Origin: Candidatus Latescibacterota bacterium
Lineage (GTDB): Bacteria > Latescibacterota > UBA2968 > UBA8231
Reading direction: 5' to 3'
DNA: 64,000 nt
Assembly (NCBI GenBank): GCA_963422735.1
Contig: OY730476.1
Span: 1,568,001 to 1,632,000 of the forward strand
A program made the translations under genes and the position numbers. Shown one piece after another: positions 19,398-28,815 of this stretch (the first letter of the stretch is position 1; each line of letters opens with the position of its first letter). Under the pieces are notes generated by a model, which was given only the letters and a program-made list of their open reading frames with translations, had not been told where the DNA came from and did no database searches.

Positions 19398-20360
19398 ATG
19401 AGCAAGAAAATTGCGGTGCTGGCTGCTATTATGGGCTTAGTAAGCTCGTCCGCTTTCGCCCATATTCCCGAAGGACGGGTATTAGCTGCCTTCCAGTGGC
19501 CGACTGATAAGCTGCCCGTCCTCGACGGCGACATCTCAGAGTGGGAAATCATGCCAGCCGAGGTATGGATTGACAGCGACGATCCCGACATCGTCGTTGG
19601 CGAAGGCGACGTCGGGCGTGAAAAGGACCGTTCTAATCTGTTCTTTCGTTTTGCCATGGGCTGGAACGACGAATTGAATCGCATCTACTATGTCTTCGAC
19701 CGCTTTGATGACGTTTGGGATCGCGATGCCGGCGGCATTGGCTGCTGCGGCCAAGACGACTCGATTGAGATCGGTCTGGACTCCGACCACTCCGGTGGTT
19801 GGTTCCACGCCGGCGGCGCTGGCATTGCTGGCGACTTGACCGAAGAAGAGAACAAGCTCTTCACCGGCGGCCAGACCCAGACCTCGCATTACCGCTGGCC
19901 GGCTATCACGTCTGGCAGTGATCCTAATGGCTGGAGTTGGTTTTGGATGTCCAGTTCGACTTGGCACGGCGACGAGCCGTACCAGTGCTGCGCGGACTCC
20001 TTCAAACTCGACGGTGTCCATGGTGCTGAGGCCAATTTCCAAGCCGAGTGGTACACCATTGGCTGGGACGATTTCAACTGGCAGGGTCCCGAGCTAAGCA
20101 CCCCGCACGACTTCGTCGAGATGGAAATTGTCGGCGCTGGTTTGCAGGTCGTCGATAACGACAACGGCCCGGAAGATGCCGAATCCAACACCCCTTGGAC
20201 GGCCAAGTGGACGTTAGGCGGCCAGTCTGACATCTTCGGTAACGCCAGTTCGTTTTCCGACTTTGTTTTGATGCCACTCGACGAAGCCGCTCTCGCTAAT
20301 CTCCCGACCGCGGTCGAGAACGATAGCTGGGGCCATATCAAGGCTTCCGTCGCTAGGTAA
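19398..20360 (+). CDS. Secreted CBM9/DOMON-like protein with C-terminal PTAVENDSWGHIKA motif
   Basis: Signal peptide (SAFA|H), PVLDGDISEW, DSIEIGLDSD. Followed by a terminator. Confidence 0.8.
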   Translation: MSKKIAVLAAIMGLVSSSAFAHIPEGRVLAAFQWPTDKLPVLDGDISEWEIMPAEVWIDSDDPDIVVGEGDVGREKDRSNLFFRFAMGWNDELNRIYYVFDRFDDVWDRDAGGIGCCGQDDSIEIGLDSDHSGGWFHAGGAGIAGDLTEEENKLFTGGQTQTSHYRWPAITSGSDPNGWSWFWMSSSTWHGDEPYQCCADSFKLDGVHGAEANFQAEWYTIGWDDFNWQGPELSTPHDFVEMEIVGAGLQVVDNDNGPEDAESNTPWTAKWTLGGQSDIFGNASSFSDFVLMPLDEAALANLPTAVENDSWGHIKASVAR

Positions 20361-20394
20361 ATCACTCGCTTAAAGCAGCAAATATCCGTATGTG

Positions 20395-20432
20395 GAACGG
20401 GTAGGTCTTTATTGATCTACCCGTTCTTTTTT
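20395..20432 (+). terminator. Intrinsic terminator
   Basis: GAACGGGTAG-gtctttattgat-CTACCCGTTC followed by TTTTTT. Confidence 0.9.
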
Positions 20433-20474
20433 GTCATATTTTTTTCATTTCCTCAGTCAAGTCACAAGGCCGTT

Positions 20475-22400
20475 ATGCCCCAGCGCATTGGGATTCTCCT
20501 CGCATTTGGATGGTGTTTTTGGGGTCGGCCGGCTTCCGTTGCCGCCCTGACCGTAATCCGCCTCGGAGGGGAGGATCTGCCCCCGCCCGATTTGGAGGTT
20601 CCCTACGAGTTCGTGCAGTTGTCATGGGCCGGAGTGGACCCCAAGAGGCATGGCTTGGCCGAACTAGTAAAAATAGATACCGGCTTTGTCGAGCCGCTGC
20701 ACTTGGATCCCACTGTCAATTTGGTGCCGATGCTCAAAGAGCGCGGCGGACAGATCCTGTCCCTGACTTGGATCGGCTGGGGGCCGGCTAGCGGTAACGA
20801 CTTAGCCATATTCGATGGCGACCCCACGACGGCTTTTTTGGGCGATGGCGATTGGGGCGGGGATTACGGCGTCATTCGCCAGAAATCGCTAATTTTCGAC
20901 TTTGGGGGCCGCTTTTTCCTCGAGCGCATTCGCTTTTCCCCTCGCGAGCGATTTTTGGCCGACCGGTTTGTGCAACGCTTCATCATCGGCATCAGCGACG
21001 GCGATCCGCTCAAGAAAGGCACTCGGGAATTCACGCAGGGCATCCGGGGTAGCTTCTTTGACTTCGACCTTCCGTACGATGTCTTCGAGAACATCGAGTC
21101 CGTCATTGATATGCCCTTGCCGACCGTGCCGGTGCAGCAGTTGCTATTTGAAGCGCCTGAGAACACGACCGGTATCTGGGAGATCGCGGAGTTGGAAATC
21201 TACGGCAATGGTTTTGCGCCGTTTGCCAGCTATGTGTCGAACGTGATCGACCTGGGTGGCCCTGCCAGCCTCGGTAGTCTGACGTGGGCTGGCCAACAGG
21301 GTGAAGGAGCCACGCTGGCGTTGAGTACGCGCAGTGGCCACGACGACGATCCCAACACCTACTGGCGCTACACCTTTCGCGGCGGTGAGCGCACCCGCTT
21401 CGACGCCAAGGGGCACCCGCTAACCTTGGCGTCATACAACAGACTTGCCAGCGGTGCGCAGGCGGGCATCACCCACGACACAGCCGGGTGGACCTTCTGG
21501 AGCACCGCACAGGACTTTGCCGCTGGCGAGGGGGTCATCGCCGGGGCCGGTCCACGCCAGTTTGTGCAGGTGCGCATCGACTTCACCTCGGGGCAGAGTG
21601 TCAGTGGTCGGCTCGACTGGGTGGCACTGGCGGTGTCGATCCCGCCGGTGGCGCAACAAGCCGTCGCCGAGATCATGCCTTCGGTGGTGCCACCGGGGGC
21701 TGCCGCCGCGTTCACCTATAAGGTCAAGGCGTCGATGGCCAGCGATGACTTGGGCTTTGACCGGTTAGCCATCGATACGCCGGCACGGGTGCAGCGCGTG
21801 GATGAGGTGCGCTTGTCGGGTCAGCCGGTGGCCTTCGATGTGGTCCAGAGCGACGACACCGGAGTGGTGTTGGCCGTGCCCTTAGTGGATACGCAGCGCA
21901 CCGAAGAGGTGTTAGAGGTGGACTTTCACGCGTCGGTATTCCAGTTTGGCACGGTGTTTACGGGTCGCATTTTCAACAGCCAGCATCCGGCGGAAGTGCC
22001 GCAAGCGTTAGCCTGGGGCGATGCCGATGGGGTGCCTTCCAGCGAGCGGCTGCGGGTGGATTTGACGGGGTTGGGTACGGGTCCGTTGGGTGCATTGTCG
22101 GTGGATCCTGGGGTGTTTAGTCCCAATGGGGATGGGATTAACGATGTAGTAGAGGTCGGCTGCGATGTGCTGAATTTGTCGGGGTTGTCGTCGGTGATTT
22201 GTTGGGTGTATGATGTGTCGGGTCGTCGCGTGGGCTTGGTGGGTGAGTCCTGGTTGGGTAGTGGTCGGTATGTGGGGGTGTGGGAGGGTCGGGATGAGAA
22301 AGGTTCTTTGTTGCCTCCGGGATTGTATGTGGTGGGTTTGAGTGTGGAGACGGATCAGGGGACGACGCAGAGGCAGGCTGTCGTCTCCTTGGTATACTAA
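20475..22400 (+). CDS. Secreted protein with FlgD-Ig/CHU_C-like C-terminal domain
   Basis: Start moved to ATG 20475 because the ORF-track start lies inside the terminator. IFDFGGRFFLERIRFSPR, GIWEIAELEIYG, VFSPNGDGIND...WEGRDEKG..LPPGLY. Confidence 0.85.
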   Translation: MPQRIGILLAFGWCFWGRPASVAALTVIRLGGEDLPPPDLEVPYEFVQLSWAGVDPKRHGLAELVKIDTGFVEPLHLDPTVNLVPMLKERGGQILSLTWIGWGPASGNDLAIFDGDPTTAFLGDGDWGGDYGVIRQKSLIFDFGGRFFLERIRFSPRERFLADRFVQRFIIGISDGDPLKKGTREFTQGIRGSFFDFDLPYDVFENIESVIDMPLPTVPVQQLLFEAPENTTGIWEIAELEIYGNGFAPFASYVSNVIDLGGPASLGSLTWAGQQGEGATLALSTRSGHDDDPNTYWRYTFRGGERTRFDAKGHPLTLASYNRLASGAQAGITHDTAGWTFWSTAQDFAAGEGVIAGAGPRQFVQVRIDFTSGQSVSGRLDWVALAVSIPPVAQQAVAEIMPSVVPPGAAAAFTYKVKASMASDDLGFDRLAIDTPARVQRVDEVRLSGQPVAFDVVQSDDTGVVLAVPLVDTQRTEEVLEVDFHASVFQFGTVFTGRIFNSQHPAEVPQALAWGDADGVPSSERLRVDLTGLGTGPLGALSVDPGVFSPNGDGINDVVEVGCDVLNLSGLSSVICWVYDVSGRRVGLVGESWLGSGRYVGVWEGRDEKGSLLPPGLYVVGLSVETDQGTTQRQAVVSLVY

Positions 22401-22468
22401 AGGAGACGAGTATAGCGGACGATGCACAATTTCCGTACCCTAAACGAGTTAAAACACCTCAGAACATA

Positions 22469-25054
22469 ATGGGAAACGCTATGAATATCTTCGGACGCGT
22501 CCTTTTTATTGGGCTAGCTATCGCACTGGCTGGGACTGCCGTGTGCGCCCAGCAGCCCGGCCATCGGGTCGGCGGCAATCGAGTCGTGATCAATGGCCGC
22601 AACCATTGGCAGAACTGGGAATCCGCCCCGGGGACCTTGACGATTTCTCCGGACGGAGAAGTGCGCACCCGGCGCATTCAAAAAAATACCAATGCAATGT
22701 TCGACATTGTCGATTACTTGCGCTTTAATCCGCCGGTGTCTTTCGGCGGCAAAGAACCCGAGGAAATTGTCCTCGCCGATGCCGTCAAGGGCGGCTCTAA
22801 TGTCGCTGATGTGGTCAACCTGCTCGACGGCGATATCACCACCTATTGGCAGCCCGACCCGCTCTCGGCCGACAGGGACTTGGCTTCGCAGTGGTGGTTT
22901 GTGATCGACTTAGGCCGCGTGGTTTTTGCCAAAGAACTCGTGGTGCGCTTTGTCGAGGAGGGCATGGGCGATCCCTTTCTCCTCTTCGAGGTGCTCATCT
23001 CCGACGGGCTGAAGCCAGCGCGTTTGCAAAACAGCGAAAACCCAGCCTTTAAGACCGTGTTGCGGACCTTGAGCAAAAGCAAGAGCCAGCGGGTCTTTAC
23101 TGTTGATCTGACGAACCAACAGCCCAACGTGCAGGCCGCGGCCGTGCGCTTTGTGCAAATTTTGGTCACGGATACCGATGGGATGCTTGGCACGGAAGTC
23201 TCTGCCGGTGAATACGAAACCCTCAGTGAAGAGACGCGTGGCGCGATCCAGTACTTCAAGCGCCAGCCCGATGGCCGCGAGGTGCCCGTTGATCAAGACC
23301 TGTACTACATATTGGATGAGGAACGCCGGGGCAGCATCCGCTACTTTCGCCGGGAATTGCCCCGCTTGGCCGAGTTGGAAGTATGGAACGAAGGGGACGA
23401 ACTAACCGCTGGCATCCTCGCGCGCGGCGGCGTCATCTCCACCAATGCGAAGCAGCCGCTGGCCTTGACCAAGTTTGTCGATGGCGACTTGGCGACCTTC
23501 AATCGCATCTTTTACGGGGTCTCCACAGCGGTGGCTGATCCCGAGTTGGAGTTGGTCTTCGACTTGGGCTCCTTTTATTGGGTCGATACCTTCCGCCTGA
23601 TTTACAACGGCGGTTTGTTCCCTAGCTATCGGATGGATTTTTCCGACGGCACCCTTGCGCCGGACGGCAGTCTCCAGTGGACCACCAAGGCGTCGCTGGG
23701 TTCGCGGCCCCACTCGCGGTTTGAAGGCGAGGCGTTCGAGCCGATTAAGGCGCGGTTTGGCCGCTTTCAGTGGACCTTGAATGCCATTGGTGCCCGCACG
23801 GCCGATATAGCTGAACTACAGTTCTACGGCGAAGGCTTCCAACCGGAGGTCTCGCTGCGGTCAGACCTGATTCGCTTGGGCGGCAGCCGCAATCTGCTGT
23901 CGATTGAGTGGGATGCCGACGCCCCTCCCGGCACCCAAGTGCTGATTCAGACTCGCACGGGCAATGAATTGGGCGAGATACTGCACTATTTCAAAAAAGA
24001 CGGCACAGAAGTGACCGAAAGCGAGTACAACAAGCTGCTGTCGCTGTTCAAGGGCGACACTGTCGCCGAGCAGGTGCCCGGCAGCGATTGGAGCAATTGG
24101 AGCGAGCCCTACGAGGATCCGGCGGGCAGTCCAATTACCTCGCCATCGCCACGGGAATTCCTGACCGTACAGGCGACCTTACTGTCGGAAGACCCAGAGG
24201 TAAGCCCAACGTTGCGCTCGGTCCATCTCAACTTCGCCAATCCCGTTGCACAGCAGCTACTGGGAGAGATCGGCCTGTTCGAGGTGGACGAACTCGGGGT
24301 GCAACGGCCGTTTTCGCTTTATGTGCGGCCGGAATTTGACCGCCGCGATTCGGGTTTTGACGAGTTGTTGTTATTCGCGCCGTCGAACATGGAACTGGAT
24401 ATGGTGGGCCTTTACGGTGGTCGGGTGGCGGATTTCGACAGCGAGACGGGGCCCAGCGCACTGACCGGGGTCGAGGTTCTGCCTACGGGCCGGGACTCGT
24501 TGCACATGCGCTTTGATGCGATACAGCCCAATGGATCTACGGAAGTGCTGAGGCTGGATTTTGAGACTGCGCTTTTTGTCACCGGCGCGGTGTTACAGGC
24601 GGCCCTGCGCAATAGCAGCGCAGACGGCGGTGCTTGGCAGCGGATCGACCCGGGGGAGGCTCTAACGCAGGTCGTCGGCAACACCACGACGATTGTCGCT
24701 GCTGTGGAGCACAACGCTCTGCTTACAAATGTGGCTGTGTTGCCGGAGGCCTTTTCGCCCAACGGCGACGGGATCAACGACCGCACGGTCTTTGCCTTCA
24801 ATGTTGTGCGAGTCGGCGACGATAGCCCGGTAGCCGCCGAGATCTACGATTTGGGAGGCCGCCAAATACGGCGTCTCGCGCAAGAGCGCCCATTTAGCAC
24901 CGGGCCTTATGAGATTGAATGGGATGGTCGGGACGACGGTGGGCGCATGGTGCCGCCGGGTCTGTATTTAGTGCAGCTAAGCGTGGATACTGATATCGAG
25001 GGAACGCAGGTTAAAGACGCGCATATATTCAAGACGGTCTCTGTGGCGTATTGA
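22469..25054 (+). CDS. Secreted protein with two discoidin/jelly-roll-like modules and FlgD-Ig/CHU_C-like C-terminal domain
   Basis: Signal peptide, LLDGDITTYW...WFVIDLGR, LVFDLGS...IAELQFYG, AFSPNGDGIND...WDGRDDGG..VPPGLY. Confidence 0.85.
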   Translation: MGNAMNIFGRVLFIGLAIALAGTAVCAQQPGHRVGGNRVVINGRNHWQNWESAPGTLTISPDGEVRTRRIQKNTNAMFDIVDYLRFNPPVSFGGKEPEEIVLADAVKGGSNVADVVNLLDGDITTYWQPDPLSADRDLASQWWFVIDLGRVVFAKELVVRFVEEGMGDPFLLFEVLISDGLKPARLQNSENPAFKTVLRTLSKSKSQRVFTVDLTNQQPNVQAAAVRFVQILVTDTDGMLGTEVSAGEYETLSEETRGAIQYFKRQPDGREVPVDQDLYYILDEERRGSIRYFRRELPRLAELEVWNEGDELTAGILARGGVISTNAKQPLALTKFVDGDLATFNRIFYGVSTAVADPELELVFDLGSFYWVDTFRLIYNGGLFPSYRMDFSDGTLAPDGSLQWTTKASLGSRPHSRFEGEAFEPIKARFGRFQWTLNAIGARTADIAELQFYGEGFQPEVSLRSDLIRLGGSRNLLSIEWDADAPPGTQVLIQTRTGNELGEILHYFKKDGTEVTESEYNKLLSLFKGDTVAEQVPGSDWSNWSEPYEDPAGSPITSPSPREFLTVQATLLSEDPEVSPTLRSVHLNFANPVAQQLLGEIGLFEVDELGVQRPFSLYVRPEFDRRDSGFDELLLFAPSNMELDMVGLYGGRVADFDSETGPSALTGVEVLPTGRDSLHMRFDAIQPNGSTEVLRLDFETALFVTGAVLQAALRNSSADGGAWQRIDPGEALTQVVGNTTTIVAAVEHNALLTNVAVLPEAFSPNGDGINDRTVFAFNVVRVGDDSPVAAEIYDLGGRQIRRLAQERPFSTGPYEIEWDGRDDGGRMVPPGLYLVQLSVDTDIEGTQVKDAHIFKTVSVAY

Positions 25055-25166
25055 GCGCGGGCGGTAAAGTGTTGCCGTAGGTTTAGCCTTGGAAACTATT
25101 AGCGACGGCCATCCTTTGTTTGGCAACACCGACCTCGCCCGGCTAAACAGCCAACGCTGACGGACC

Positions 25167-26051
25167 TTATTCACCTTCTTCAAACAACCCTTCCTCGATC
25201 GGCATCAGCTCAAAGTCGCCGATAAATTCTCCGCTACAGTACATTTTCGGGTGTTGCGTCAGCGCCCAAAAGGCATCGAAGGTGTCTTCTTTGGTGTCCG
25301 CGTCGAGAAAGGACCAGCCGAGGCCGATGATTGCGCCTTCTTGCAGCGAGTGTCGGCGGCTCAAATGTGGCCCTTCCGGGTGCAGGTCGTCGAAGGGCGT
25401 CAGATAGCATTCGTAGATGACGGTGCCCGGGGAGAGGTGCTCGACCGCGCCCTGCCATCCCACGGTCGAATAGCGTTCCTCTTTGGTCCACAGGGCCTTG
25501 CCCCACAGCCAGTGCCAGTAGTGGCCGTTGAGTGGCGGGATGTAGAGGTGGTAGTTCTGAGTATAGGCGCTGCGGTGGCGCAATTCCACGTGGGGCGCTT
25601 CTGCTTGATCTGCGAAGTGGATGACTTTGTCGCCGCCGTGGTCGGCGTCAATGACGATTTCCCAGATGTCCGCGCCGTGGACGTGGGCACCGGTCAAGCG
25701 GCTGTGGGGAGTGTCGAGCGAGTCGGTGATGCCCTTGTAGAAGCGCCAGATGTCGTCGTACACCTCGGCCATGAAGTATAGACGGTTGAGGGTTTTGTTC
25801 CAGCCGACGGCCGAGCGGCGCACGTAGAAATCCGTGGTGTCGGGTGCGCCGCGCTCGCGGTGCAGTTCCGCGTATTGGGTGTAGTCGTAGAAGTACTCGG
25901 CGGGCACCTTGGCCCAATCGGCCGCATCGCCGTCCATCTGCGGGACGTGGTCGTCGGGGAACTGGAAGACCTTGAAAATGGTGTCTTCGGGGTAGTGGGC
26001 GAGAGCGGGCAGGGCCAACAGCAAAACGCCGACAGTCGCAATCAGATACAT
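25167..26051 (-). CDS. Secreted CBM9/DOMON-like protein, paralog of 19398-20360
   Basis: ATG 26051 after AAGGAG. FQFPDDHVPQMDGDAADW, VGWNKTLNRLYF, DIWEIVIDADHGG and GDFELMPI align with the 19398 protein. Confidence 0.8.
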   Translation of the reverse strand: MYLIATVGVLLLALPALAHYPEDTIFKVFQFPDDHVPQMDGDAADWAKVPAEYFYDYTQYAELHRERGAPDTTDFYVRRSAVGWNKTLNRLYFMAEVYDDIWRFYKGITDSLDTPHSRLTGAHVHGADIWEIVIDADHGGDKVIHFADQAEAPHVELRHRSAYTQNYHLYIPPLNGHYWHWLWGKALWTKEERYSTVGWQGAVEHLSPGTVIYECYLTPFDDLHPEGPHLSRRHSLQEGAIIGLGWSFLDADTKEDTFDAFWALTQHPKMYCSGEFIGDFELMPIEEGLFEEGE

Positions 26052-26156
26052 GATAGAGCTCCTTTTGGGTTTGGACGGCAAAGTAGGCCAAAGCGGGGAT
26101 TAGCTCAAGATGTGTGGGAATGGTTATATTGCAAAACCGGAAAGGAGACAGCCTTT

Positions 26157-27170
26157 ATGCGCCTGCTACTAATTTGGGTCGCCGCGCTTGTTGCCGTCGG
26201 GTGCGGTGGGTCCGGCGAATCGGGCGACAAGCCCACGGAGAAAAAAATTGTCTGGTACGCCCTGATGGTGCATCCCTATGTCGAAGAGGTACAAAAAGGG
26301 GTGATCGGCTATGAGCGCGACACCGGAATCAAGATCAAGCGCCAGATCGGCCAAAGCTGGACCCAAGACAATGAAAACGCCAACGTCGAGCCGCTGGCAG
26401 CTCAGGGCTACAAGGGCTTCTCGATCTACCCAGCCGACGCCAGCGCCGCCAACGGACTCTACGAGGAATTGGTGCAAAACGGGGCCTATGTCGTCAGCTA
26501 TGGAGCGCCGACGACACTGCCGACGCCTGCTTCGTTTTGCGTGGCGACCGATGTGAAACAGGCGGCAATGGAGGCCACCGAGGCGCTGATCGGCTTCATG
26601 GGCGGTAAGGGCAACATCCTCAATGTGCTCGAACTGGTCGAAGACCCCAATACCATCTTGCGCAAAGAAGGCGTTGAGGCGGCGGTGGCCAAATACCCGG
26701 AGGTCCAGATCGTCCAGGAAATCGCTGGCATGGAGTCGATTGAGACCAGTACCGCCAAGATCCAGGACGCGCTCTCGGCGCGAATCGAGGAGATTGACGG
26801 CGTGATTTGCACGGGGTACACGCCGACTGTGGCCGCGGCGACCATCCTAGCGGAGTGGAACCAAGCTCCGGATAACAAGCGCATCCACTTCGTCGGCATC
26901 GACACAGACTCGGTGGTGCTCGACGCGATCCGCCGGGGGGCCATTGACGCGACCATCTCGCAAAACCCCTACGGACACGGCTACATCACGTGCGCCCTCT
27001 TGAGCTATCTGCTCAACGGCTGGCAGGCCAATCCCGACCACTACTTCGTCAACTCGGGTACCGTGCTAGTAACCAAAGACAACGTCGATACCTTCGCGGA
27101 CGAAGTCATGGCCATCACCGCGCGGATTATGGGCGAGTTAGAGACCAAATACCTCAGCCCGCCCCGCTGA
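26157..27170 (+). CDS. Sugar ABC transporter substrate-binding lipoprotein (RbsB-like, CUT2)
   Basis: AGGAG RBS, lipobox VAVGC, Peripla_BP motifs (FVGID...AIRRG.IDATISQNPYGHG). Confidence 0.9.
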   Translation: MRLLLIWVAALVAVGCGGSGESGDKPTEKKIVWYALMVHPYVEEVQKGVIGYERDTGIKIKRQIGQSWTQDNENANVEPLAAQGYKGFSIYPADASAANGLYEELVQNGAYVVSYGAPTTLPTPASFCVATDVKQAAMEATEALIGFMGGKGNILNVLELVEDPNTILRKEGVEAAVAKYPEVQIVQEIAGMESIETSTAKIQDALSARIEEIDGVICTGYTPTVAAATILAEWNQAPDNKRIHFVGIDTDSVVLDAIRRGAIDATISQNPYGHGYITCALLSYLLNGWQANPDHYFVNSGTVLVTKDNVDTFADEVMAITARIMGELETKYLSPPR

Positions 27171-27173
27171 CTC

Positions 27174-28682
27174 GTGCTCGAACTGCAATCCATCAGCAAG
27201 CACTTCCCCGGCGTCCGGGCACTGGACGACGTCTCGCTCTCTTTCCTGCCGGGCCAGATCCACTCCCTAGTCGGCGAAAACGGCGCTGGCAAGAGCACTT
27301 TGCTCAAAATTGTCATCGGGATATACCAGCCCGACGCCGGGCGGATGCTCTTCGATGGCACACTGCTGCGCGTGCGCAACTGTCGCGACTGCCTCGACCG
27401 CGGCATCGGCTTGGTCCACCAAGAGATCCAGGTAGTGGCCGAAGCCAGCGTTGCCGAGAACATCATGCTCGACAAGTTAGACGCCTTCAGCCGGTGGGGC
27501 CGCCTCGACTGGCCACGGCTCGACGACCAAGCGCGGGCCGCGATGGCGCGGGTCGGGCTGGACATTGACCCGCAAGCGCCCATTGGCGATTTAAGCGCGG
27601 CCCACAAACAGCTCGTGCAGATTGCCCGGGTGTTGTCGGCCGAGGCGCGGGTCCTGCTATTAGACGAGCCGACTTCGTCGCTTACTGAGCACGAAGCGGC
27701 CCGGCTCTTTGGCATTTTGCGCCAGTTACAGGAGGCAGGCGTGGCCATCGTCTTTGTCTCGCACAAGTTCGACGAGGTCTATCAGATCGCCGACCAAGTC
27801 AGCGTGTTGCGGGACGGACGACACGTGGGCACGAGGGAGTTGGCCGGGCTGCCGCGCGCCGAGCTTATTGAGATGATGATCGGTCGGCGCGTGGAGACGG
27901 CTTCGTTTGGCACACCGGCGGTGGATCGGGCGCGGGAAGTGCTCAGGGTCGAGGGGCTGTACGCGCCGGGCCGAGCGCACCGAGTGAGCTTTTCTCTCTA
28001 CGCTGGCGAGATTTTGGGCTTGTACGGCTTGGTGGGGGCCGGGCGCACCGAGTTGGCGCGGCTGCTGGTGGGGGCCGAGCAGGCCGAGCGCGGTGCCGTC
28101 TATATCCAAGGGACAAAAGCGCGGATCGGGTCGGTGGCCGACAGCCTGTACAAATACAGCATGGGCTACGTAACCGAAAACCGCAAAGAGGAAGGCCTAC
28201 TATTGGACTCCACCGTGCGGACTAACCTCGGCATTGCGATATGGGAGCGGATCGTCGGCAAGTTCACCCGTCGGATCGACGACCGGGCGGAGACCCAAGC
28301 CGTGCAGGCGATGGTCGCGGCGCTGGATATTCGCACGACAGGCTTAGAGCAGGTGGTAGCGCAACTCAGCGGTGGCAATCAGCAGAAAGTCAGCTTGGGC
28401 AAGTGGCTGGCCGCCGGCTGCGACATCCTGATCGTCGATGAGCCGACCGTCGGGGTGGACATCCAGGCCAAGGCACAGATCCACCGCTTGCTGTGGGACT
28501 TGGCGGCCAAAGAAGGCAAGGCCATCATTTTGATCTCGTCGGACATGCCGGAGATCATCAGCTTAGCGGGGCGGATCCTCGTCTTTAAGGACAAGCAGAT
28601 CGTCCACGAAATCGCCGAGATCCACGAGCAGGAATTGAGCTACGACGCGATAAGCCGCCGCATCGGCCTGCATCTGAACTGA
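27174..28682 (+). CDS. Sugar ABC transporter ATP-binding protein (RbsA-like, two NBDs)
   Basis: GENGAGKSTL, LLLDEPT, LSGGNQQK, DEPTVGVD. Confidence 0.95.
   Translation: MLELQSISKHFPGVRALDDVSLSFLPGQIHSLVGENGAGKSTLLKIVIGIYQPDAGRMLFDGTLLRVRNCRDCLDRGIGLVHQEIQVVAEASVAENIMLDKLDAFSRWGRLDWPRLDDQARAAMARVGLDIDPQAPIGDLSAAHKQLVQIARVLSAEARVLLLDEPTSSLTEHEAARLFGILRQLQEAGVAIVFVSHKFDEVYQIADQVSVLRDGRHVGTRELAGLPRAELIEMMIGRRVETASFGTPAVDRAREVLRVEGLYAPGRAHRVSFSLYAGEILGLYGLVGAGRTELARLLVGAEQAERGAVYIQGTKARIGSVADSLYKYSMGYVTENRKEEGLLLDSTVRTNLGIAIWERIVGKFTRRIDDRAETQAVQAMVAALDIRTTGLEQVVAQLSGGNQQKVSLGKWLAAGCDILIVDEPTVGVDIQAKAQIHRLLWDLAAKEGKAIILISSDMPEIISLAGRILVFKDKQIVHEIAEIHEQELSYDAISRRIGLHLN
28661..28682 (+). repeat. 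22-bp direct repeat, left copy (3' end of the ABC ATPase gene)
   Basis: CATCGGCCTGCATCTGAACTGA matches 35336-35357 at 21/22. Confidence 0.9.
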
Positions 28683-28815
28683 GTCAATGGGAAGTTCTCT
28701 GGGGTGAGGGAACATCCCTGAAAACCAGATAGGTTTCTTGACAGGCAAAGCCCTTTTTTTTGATACCTAGCCCCAAAACAGATAGACATAGAAGACATAG
28801 AATTGAGGATGTGAT

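Noticed and set aside
22050-22400. Diversity-generating retroelement variable region at a gene 3' end
   Set aside because: No reverse transcriptase or template repeat in the window, and the skew is not adenine-specific.
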